From the NCBI RefSeq assembly GCF_031769215.1, contig NW_026781942.1:3410001-3474000 (forward strand): a DNA stretch of 64,000 bases, in the 5' to 3' direction. Below are positions 54,797 to 64,000 of the stretch, piece after piece. Made by a program: the position numbers and the translations under genes. The DNA is from Ylistrum balloti (lineage: Eukaryota). How positions within the stretch are numbered: the first letter of the stretch is position 1; the number at the start of each line of letters is the position of its first letter. Below the pieces are notes generated by a model. The model saw only the letters and a list, made by a program, of their open reading frames with translations. It did no database searches and was not told the origin of the DNA.

Positions 54797-55469
54797 CAGT
54801 ATAAAACTAATCAACCATGGGCTTATTAGAGGGAAAGTATGCTACACAGTATAAATCTAATCAACCATGGGCTTATAAGAGGGAAAGCATGGTACACAGT
54901 ATAAAACTAATCAACCATGGGCTTATTAGAGGGAAAGTATGGTACACAGTATAAAACTAATCAACCATGGGCTTATTAGAGGGAAAGTATGGTACACAGT
55001 ATAAATCTAATCAACCATGGGCTTATTAGAGGGAAAATATGGTACACAGCATAAATCTAATCAACCATGGGCTTATTAGAGGGAAGGTATGGTATACAGT
55101 ATAAAACTAATCAACCATGGGCTTATTAGAGGGAAAGTATGCTACACAGTATAAAACTAATCAACCATGGGCTTATTAGAGGGAAAGCATGCTACACAGT
55201 ATAAATCTAATCAACCATGGGCTTATTAGAGGGAAAGCATGGTACACAGTATAAAACTAATCAACCATGGGCTTATTAGAGGGAAAGTATGGTACACAGT
55301 ATAAAACTAATCAACCATGGGCTTATTAGAGGGAAAGTATGGTACACAGTATAAATCTAATCAACCATGGGCTTATTAGAGGGAAGGTATGGTATACAGT
55401 ATAAAACTAATCAACCATGGGCTTATTAGAGGGAAAGTATGCTACACAGTATAAAACTAATCAACCATG
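54797..55469. repeat. 50-bp minisatellite, about 13.5 copies, with 300-bp higher-order periodicity
   Basis: Unit cagtataaaactaatcaaccatgggcttattagagggaaagtatggtaca. The 60-nt blocks starting at 55081 and 55381 are identical. Confidence 0.97.
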
Positions 55470-57599
55470 TATGGTATACAGCTTGAGTTTCATCCTGATG
55501 CTATCTGTAGAATAAGTGGATTCTAAATGATGGCTGTTTGTGATATATGTTTTATTTGGGTTGGTTTGTATTAAAATGTTTTAGATATGTTGATGGCCCT
55601 GACCTATATAGCTCTAGGATTGTTGTCTTTCCCGATTCCCATTTTCCAAGCCTTTTCTCACCTTTCCGCACTGGTTTTTGAGACTCATGTATGTATATCA
55701 GCTTTTAAAGCATAAAGCTGTCAGAAATTTAGGACTTTAAAATAGTTATATAAATCATTAATGGACATTAAATGTTTTTTATTAGATTTGTTGTGGCTGT
55801 TCTACTGTTCATATATGTGTTGGTTTTGTAGAAATTTCTCTGTTGCCATGGAAAGTGAAATGTTTCTCAAATATTTAAAACTATTGTTTTTAGATGAATT
55901 TCACAATAGGCTACTATTCTGTAGTACAAATTGCTTATTCAATAACATCCAGTATTAGTTCATTTGCTGTAATAGCACTGAAGTAGGATAAGATATTGAG
56001 AAAGATTAGGGGACAAATAACCATTGATATGGTACTATCAATATCTTCTGGGTTTCTGGAAAAGATATTTTACAGAATTGTATTCCATCTAATAAAAACC
56101 TGCCACTGTTGACATCCCCTCCCCCAACCCACTCTTCTTTGTCAGTATCTGTTTCCAGCTTTTCTTTGAAAAAGAAGGTTAATTACATTACATCCAAACT
56201 GTTACACTTTAGAAAAAAAAAAGAAATGATGAAAAACAGGAAGAACATGAATGAAATTATGAATCCTGTTTTAGGATTTTCATCAATATTGCTAATGCTT
56301 TGAGATGATTGTATCATGCACAGTAGTGATGTTCTTTGAAAAAAGTTTGCCTTGGAGATATTTGTTCCTTAGAAGATTTTTGGTTTGTGAAAAATTGATT
56401 TTATTTTAGATATTGCTGTGTAAGAGACAATAGAAATGGTCAACTTAAGGGAGATAACTAATTACTTATAGCCTTTAGAAGTGGATATATATATTGTTAT
56501 CTCTCAATTTTCTACAATGTTATCTAGATGTACAAATGGTAAGGTAGTCATCAAATAGTATTTATTATGGTCCCTGCACTTCAACATAGACTACATAAAA
56601 TATAAAATTATTTTGACAAACAAAAACATTTTTGAGTTGGTCAATGTGCACTTCACCATGGACACCATGTAAATTTAAAAAATGGAAAATAATTTGTGAA
56701 TATATATTTTTGAGATGGTCGAATTCACCATTGACAACAAGTTACTTGTCTGAAGCAATATTTTTTGACATGGTCCCTGTGAACTTCACCTCTGACACCA
56801 TTTTTATTGTACAGATGTTGTAAGACTCAGGTATATTTTTACAACTATCTACATTTATCAGTGTGTATGATGAACTTGGTAGTGTTGTAGATATGTTACT
56901 GTACCCCATGGGGAGTTGGCCAAATAAACCTTCAGGATATTGCCCCCATTGCTTAAGCTTCTCTCCAGAAACCTGTTGAAAACAGTAGGACTGAATTCTT
57001 TAACAGTAGAAAAAAAAAAAAAAATGGAAACAATTTTGGTCTTATGCTTACAATATATGTACATGTATATTGTAAATGAGGTGATCATTTTAACATCTTT
57101 TGCCTGCAAATGATATTGAGATGTGTGGTTGGCCAAAAATTCTGTGAAAAACAAGAAAATGCAAATGGCAGAAAACTGCTAGAAAGGATAGTATGTTTTA
57201 TGTGGGGAAACAGTCTTTCTGTACAAAGACATAAAAAGGTAATGTTTATTTACGTAAGAGAAAGGTCAGACAGCCAGAGACAAGAATTACAATATCAGGT
57301 GTTGACATTTTAATGGTGTTGGTAACTTTCTTTCATGACTTGCCTTCAAAATCTGATGAAAAATTAAGTAACAAAAAATAGGACAGGACATGAAGGAGCT
57401 CATCAAGTGCTGACAGCTGATGTAACAGAAATGTTGGCATGTAGTTGTGATATTGATGCTTATGTCAATTTCCAGTCGTGGTTGAAATTGCAGTGATTCA
57501 ATTTCACGGAATATATTTTTTGCTTGTGTGTTTTCATTGTGTGATGTTTGGGTACAGATTTTCCCTTGATGTCAATACGCACCTGTGTAACCTCGGCAG

Positions 57600-57683
57600 T
57601 GTAACACTGTGGGTCGTTATTGAAATGCCCAGTTCATTTGTCTTGTTTTATCTGAAGGATTAATACTTACGTCTGTTACACAG
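57600..57683 (+). other. Possible 3' end of a non-coding (5'UTR) exon; start coordinate uncertain
   Basis: Perfect donor CAG|gtaagt at 57684, preceded by non-repetitive sequence containing some CpGs. No coding frame supported. Confidence 0.25.
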
Positions 57684-57775
57684 GTAAGTAGGTATATATA
57701 GATGTAGTAGAAACAGGTAAGTAGGTATATATAGATGTAGTAGAAACAGGTAAGTAGGTATATATAGATGTAGTA
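57680..57775. repeat. 33-bp tandem repeat, 3 copies, each with CAG|GTAAGT
   Basis: Unit acaggtaagtaggtatatatagatgtagtagaa. Confidence 0.92.
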
Positions 57776-58026
57776 ATGTTAAAGTGGAAATGTTACAGGT
57801 GTGATATTCCATATTGTGTATCAAGGAATATTTAATTTCATAATTTAATTCTCAGCAAGTTTACAGTGGACATTTAAGATTCTAGAAGAATGTGATGACC
57901 CATATAGAGGGAACTCGGGCTAGGACCTTGTTCTGAATTTATCAATTTAACTGATAATTCATGTCCGTCTTTAAACAGTCAATGATATAGAAACAAGTTA
58001 CTTCAATAGAAGTAATAACATTGTCA

Positions 58027-58214
58027 NNNNNNNNNNNNNNNNNNNNNNNNNNNNNNNNNNNNNNNNNNNNNNNNNNNNNNNNNNNNNNNNNNNNNNNNNN
58101 NNNNNNNNNNNNNNNNNNNNNNNNNNNNNNNNNNNNNNNNNNNNNNNNNNNNNNNNNNNNNNNNNNNNNNNNNNNNNNNNNNNNNNNNNNNNNNNNNNNN
58201 NNNNNNNNNNNNNN
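58027..58214. other. Assembly gap (188 N)
   Basis: Run of N. Confidence 0.99.
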
Positions 58215-58696
58215 AAGGTGGAAAAAAATACCCCCCCAAAAAAACAAAAAAATTGGGAACATGTGTGTTCAACCATAAATCAAATGCAATTAGGAAAGTA
58301 AAATAGATGTTTTAAGAAATTGGAAAGTAATAATTTACAATATCTACTGTTCTTCCAGTTTTACAGTTTCAAAGACATGATTTCATGTTTACAAATGTTG
58401 AGAATTGTCAGTGAATTGCTTTTCTTAATTCCTCCATGACTTATTTTAGCAGAAGACCATTTGCTGATGTTCACTTCATGATACAATGATACAATGATAC
58501 AGCTTAGAAATGATTAACAAAAATGGTAATTACTTTATAGCTTTGGGCTAGAGTTTTAGTTATAGCCTTCTTCAGGGTCACATGTACTTTGATCAAGAAA
58601 TAGCATGTATTTCACTGCAGGGGATGTAAACACTTTCAACTTTGTGTTCTGTAATAGGGGATAGTCACTTTCATGTTTGTTTTCAGTTGTCCATAA

Positions 58697-59170
58697 TATT
58701 GACAATTTGTTTTTCATTGCAAGGGATATTGATACTTTGTATTTCACTACAGGGGATATTGACACTTTGTATTTCACTACAGGGGATATTGACACTTTGT
58801 ATTTCCCTGCAGGGGATATTGACACTTTGTATGTCACTGCAGGGGATATTGATACTTTGTATTTCACTGACTGGGATATTGACACTTTGTATTTCACTGC
58901 AGGGGATATTGATACTTTGTATTTCACTACAGGGGTTATTGATACTTTGTATGTCACTGCAGGGGATATTGATACTTTGTATTTCACTACAGGGGTTATT
59001 GATACTTTGTATTTCACTACAGGGGATATTGACACTTTGTATTTCACTACAGGGGATATTGATACTTTGTATTTCATTACAGGGGATATTGATACTTTTT
59101 ATTTCACTACAGGGGTTATTGATACTTTGTATGTCAATACATGGGATATTGACTCACATGGGATATTGAC
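58697..59170. repeat. 30-bp minisatellite, about 16 copies, with degenerate flanks to about 58605 and 59256
   Basis: Unit gggatattgacactttgtatttcactacag. Confidence 0.95.
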
Positions 59171-59688
59171 TCTTTATAATCCATCTCTTGGGATGTTGAC
59201 ATGTTGTGATCCTTAGCTTGGGATGTAGACACTTTTTTATCCCACTGCAGGGGATAGATCCTTTTTATTTTATTCAACCACCACTGCATGCAATATGGTC
59301 ACTTTGTATTTTGCTGATTATGATAAATAGGTCTCTATCAATTTTATATCTTAAGTTCTTGTTTATGAAAAAAATTAAACAATAAAGACAATAAAGACTT
59401 GTATTGGTTGTGCCAGGTGTTGAAGTTAAAGGAAGGTTGATGTTGCCTAAAGGAGAAGAGAAAAGGTTACTGGGGAGGTGGGGGGAAGAGGGGGTGGGGG
59501 TAGTGGAGAAGAATATAGTAGGAAGAATTTTTGTGGAGGGATACAGAAGTAGGGATACCAGAGGGGTACACATGGGGAGTGAAAGGGAATAATGAATACA
59601 GGGAGGAGAAACCATGGATCAGGGGTGGGGGAGGGGTGTGAAGGGCACTGTAAGAATTAGAGATTCTTGATTTTAGAGATGTAGAAGT

Positions 59689-60615
59689 AGGGATACAGAC
59701 AAGGTATAAGGGAAGAGATACCAGAAGGGTACATCTGGTTGAGGGAGGATAGAGGGGGAGAGTTGAAGGGTATAGTAAGAAGGAGGGATACTGGTTTTGA
59801 GGGATAAAGGGGAGGGATACCAGAAGGGTACATCTGGTTGAGGGAGGGTAGAGGGGGAGAGTTGAAGGGTATAGTAAGAAGGAGGGATACTGGCTTTGAG
59901 GGATAAAGGGGAGGGATACCAGAAGGGTACATCTGGTTGAGGGAGGGTAGAGGGGGAGAGGTGAAGGTTATGGTAGGAAGGAGGGATACTGGTTTGGGTG
60001 GATGAAGGAGAGGGATACCAGAAGGGTACATTTGGTTGAGGGAGGGTAGAGGGGGAGAGTTGAAGGGTATAGTAAGAAGGAGGGATACTGGTTTTGAGGG
60101 ATAAAGGGGAGGGATACCAGAAGGGTACATCTGGTTGAGGGAGGGTAGAGGGGGAGAGTTGAAGGGTATAGTAAGAAGGAGGGATACTGGTTTTGAGGGA
60201 TAAAGGGGAGGGGAAGGGTACATCTGGTTGAGGGAGGGTATAGGGGAGGTGAAGGTTATGGTAGGAAGGAGGGATACTGGTTTGGGTGGATGAAGGAGAG
60301 GGATACCAGAAGGGTACATTTGGTTGAGGGAGGGTATAGGGGGAGAGGTGAAGGTTATGGCAGGAAGGAGGGATACTGGTTTGGGTGGATGAAGGAGAGG
60401 GATACCAGAAGGGTACATTTGGTGGAGGCAGGGTAGGGAGGAGAGATGAAGGGTATAGTAATAAAGAGGGATACTGGTTATGAGGTATAAAGGGGAGGGA
60501 TACCAGAAGGGTGCAAGGTATCCAGAAAAGGGCAGGGGATGGAGAGGGGTGTAGAAGGAGGAATGCTTGTTTTGTGGGATCTAGGGGAAGGGATACCAAA
60601 AGGGTGCAAGGCAAG
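59689..60615. repeat. 99-bp purine-rich (G/A on + strand) minisatellite with two unit variants
   Basis: gggataccagaagggtacat starts at 59814, 59913, 60012 and 60111. Variant A contains gttgaagggtatagtaag; variant B contains ggtgaaggttatggtagg. Confidence 0.93.
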
Positions 60616-63600
60616 GGATTCTGAAGTAAGGTAGCATTAGATTATAGTCATGATTATACTTTATATACAGGTGTAAGGGAATTGTTACATTGCAACATTT
60701 GTTTATTTTCAGATATAGCATACATTCTAAAAAATGTTTGTATATAGCTCCTTAGTCACCTCCCTATCAATCTGTCACTCCTGTCCACCCTACTCTGGTG
60801 TACAGTATATATTAGATAGGTAGGCAGGCAACCTGTGCAGGGTTTGATTTCTTACACAGCAGTCTATCATGGCTTATATTACGGTAAATGTGCAGCAGTT
60901 AAGACAGAAAAAATGCTATATTATAGAATATTTCTTGTTGTCAAAAATGTTTGGTTTCTGTTGATTTGCATCAGGGATTTTTTATTTTTCATTTTTCTTT
61001 CTCTTTTTTTGTTGGAAGGTGGGGGGGGGGGGGGGTCTTGTGACATATTTAGTTACATTGTAACAACCAGCTTTGTTAATTCTTGACCACATACAATATT
61101 AACTATTGTTACCTCCATCTTTAAGGAAAAGTTCCCATCTGTACCTAATATCTATTTCTTGTGTCATTATTTTGAAAATTGCATCCCATCCTGCCTGTAA
61201 TATTGGCCTTTGCCTTTTCATATACAGTTTACAAAGGACAATTTTGTTTTAATTAAAACTATTGTAATTTGAGGAAATTTACAGTAATTGTGTTTAATGG
61301 TCCATCACAAAATAACATCAGAAAAACAGATTGAGCACAGAGTTCATGTTTACAAATATTCATGTCATGATTCCTATTGATAAAAAAAGATAAAAAATGG
61401 AATGACCATGTGTTATATTTTAGCTCGTAAACATTCTTTGTTGAGAATCGGTGTCACCTTTCATGACATGGAAACTGGTATCATTTTAACTTACTTCCAT
61501 GTAATACAACAACAAATTTATAGAGGACAATAGGACAACATGGAGTTAGAGGGCGTTCAAGGACATAAGATTTCATTTATTGGGCCATAAACAGAAACAG
61601 TGAAGTAGCTCTGGTCAAAGACGCACTTTAATTGGTCATCAATATTTTATGTCATCCTGATTGATCAAGGTGTGAATTTCAACAAAATTTACAATTTTTG
61701 TCCGATGAAGTTTCTTGTTAATGAGAAAAAATATGTATATTGGATTAATCAGCGTTCGGCCTTATGGTGGAAGTTATGTATATGAGTTTGGTAAGTAAAT
61801 TTGGTAACTGAGCAGTAAATAATGGTGTTCTGTTTGGAATTATGTATGTGTATTTAACTGAACTTTAAGTTGATGTCAAAAAATGTTTTAAAGAAAAAGA
61901 TATTGGACTTCTTACACAAAGAGGAACAAAATGAAAAATTAGAAGTAATGAAACAATTTAAGTGATTAAATTCTTTTAATTATAGATGGAAACAAATTTA
62001 ATTTAATTAAAAAAAAATGTTATTATGAAGAGCCCCTTGAGCTACTCCGCTAATTCTAACATTACAAAATTTTAGGAGTGAAAGGCTATAACGAAAAAGA
62101 TGTTTTAAAATCCTGTTTCTTTTGAATGAGATTCTGGCATATTAGTTTGTCACTGTGGACCATTGTATCTTGAAACTGAACAAATTTTCATTGTGTAATT
62201 TATCAAATAGAAGTTAAAAGAAAAATAAATATGTACAAAATGTAGAAATATTTAACTTGGTATGTATCTGAAATTGATGTAATATGTGTGAGATTGGTGG
62301 CTGTAAATCTGAACTAGGTGTGGATGGAGACTTTTCCAGGTAAATAATGGATGTACTTTGTATCGTCAGCATTGAACGTCTACATTGCTGGGCAGCATTG
62401 AACGTCTACATAATAGGCTATACCTAGGTACAAGGTGTAGAATGTGTATACCTACCAGGTGTTGTAACTGCTCGCTCAATTAACTGCTGTAGAGAATTCA
62501 AAGGCAGATATTCTCCCCAGGTTTACAGTTATGTCAGAGTGCTCACTTGTATATTGTGACCCCCTGTGTATAATGACAGTTTTGTAAAAGTCTCAAATAT
62601 GTTTACTTTATTATGACAGAGTATAATGACCATATTCTGCTGTATTTATAATCATATCAAACTACAACCTATCTAGCTATAAAAATGGGTAACACTATTC
62701 CGAGAAATAATACTTTGAAACACTGGCAAGTACTTGTTTTAAAGGAAGTTTGTTTGCTTTTGTTGGAAGAAAAAAACAACAGTCTTTTTTTACTTAAACA
62801 AAACAGATGCTCATGACCAAAGCCAAAATGCAAAGTATAGGAAATGGTTGGTTTAGGAAAAGGAAGTGACTGGTCAAGATGTATCAATCATTTGATCAGA
62901 CATTTACTGGACATGGGTTTGTGATTATAGGCACAGGTGTTAAATATATGTATTGACCCTGCAGCCAACTGATTTGTAGAATACAGACACAGGTACATAT
63001 ATAATTTCTGTTTGTTACTGTTCTGAGAACATTCCTTACAAAACCTCGGATGTCAGATCCAGGAGAGATTCTCATGATTAATTTCTGAGGTGAGATTTTT
63101 CTTATTAAGTATTATTAGAAATATGTTAAAGTGCAAATGTTATGTCTGTTTAAAGTCAGATCAGGTTTGTCAATGAAGTGTTTGTCTTGTCAGCACTCTT
63201 CTAAATATGTGGACCAAAAGGGGACAATTTTGTGTCTGAGTGGATTGAATTTGAGATATGTTTGAGATTATCAACGACTCTCAGCTGTAACCTAAACATC
63301 AATGTGGAGGAGTTACTGATTGTTACATGACAAACTCTGTGATCATTTCCTTGTGCCTCCTTCCAGGTTCTTTATCTTCAGAATCCTAATTTCCTGAATT
63401 AGACTTCATATTCTTAATTTTTACTTAAGGAACTCTTTCATTTGTACAGAAAATTTAGTTCCACAAAAACAAAACAGTTCAAGGTTTCTGAGAAAATGAT
63501 TTTGGTTGAAAGATATAGTCAAGCTGATCGATCTTTACATAAAGAGCTCTGAGGATAGTAAGTAGTAGTGTTAGGATGTCTGATTCTTAAAGCTTTGTTA

Positions 63601-64000
63601 GCTTGACAGGTTAAATCATTGAAAAAATATTTAATCTAGAAGGTTTTCAAATTTTTTTAATACATTTATAGAGATTCAGAAATTTTCTGAAAGCCTAAAA
63701 ATATTTTAATTCCAAAGGAGGTCTAGCTACAACAATATCCAAAGCTCCACTTAATTTATTGAACCAACCAGACTGTTAGCATCAAATTCTGACTTCCAGA
63801 GCTTCTGGAGATGGTCACCATAACCTTTATAAGTATCATGTTACCTACATTGATATTGTGTTACAGGAAATCTCCTGTTCATATGTTTCAAATCTTATCC
63901 TTGATAATAAATCAAAAGAAATTTATGGAGGATGAATGTAAATTGTAAAACATGATCTCATATATGGGTTAGTGGTCAAACTAGACTGCCCAGGATTCTG

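Noticed and set aside
57942-58278. ORFs spanning the N gap
   Set aside because: They are artefacts of translating N as X.
3028-59216. Periodic ORFs in the track (MVLSQNVNVLLHQCVN, Cys-rich VLDVCIEDIRTCYVC, NNNVCVISVLTSQH, GDIDTLYFTT and others) as repeat proteins or metallothionein-like genes
   Set aside because: They are translations of minisatellites with unit lengths divisible by 3. They are often open on both strands or in several frames, are broken by indel variants, and show no synonymous-site divergence.
59657-60614. 253-aa and 313-aa Pro-rich minus-strand ORFs (extensin- or mucin-like)
   Set aside because: They are two overlapping frames of the same C/T-rich 99-bp repeat strand, where stops are compositionally rare. 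No signal peptide or splice context.

Overview
This is AT-rich eukaryotic genomic DNA, most likely from a bivalve mollusc (inferred from Helentron/HINE-type elements and TA|CCGTA / TACTGTA MITE ends). No prokaryotic genes, RNA genes or CRISPR arrays are supported. The window reads as the 5' intronic region of one large + strand gene that I could not identify. The only well-supported coding segment is a 1.34-kb exon (11087-12425) encoding about 446 aa of Ser/Pro-rich, probably disordered N-terminal sequence and ending at a phase-1 GT donor. Two small candidate coding exons (13-66, 49555-49599) also end in phase 1 on a G, which suggests alternative N-termini spliced to a shared exon I could not locate. 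About 14 kb (roughly 22%) is made of about 18 unrelated minisatellite arrays. There are also non-autonomous transposons, a decayed Gypsy integrase tail and a 188-N gap. Most other ORF-track entries are repeat translations or chance ORFs. I found no convincing new biological system. The best leads are sense-strand minisatellites built from splice-site modules, a satellite apparently amplified from a transposon terminus, and a hidden Tyr-motif repeat in the large exon. All counts and alignments were done by eye.
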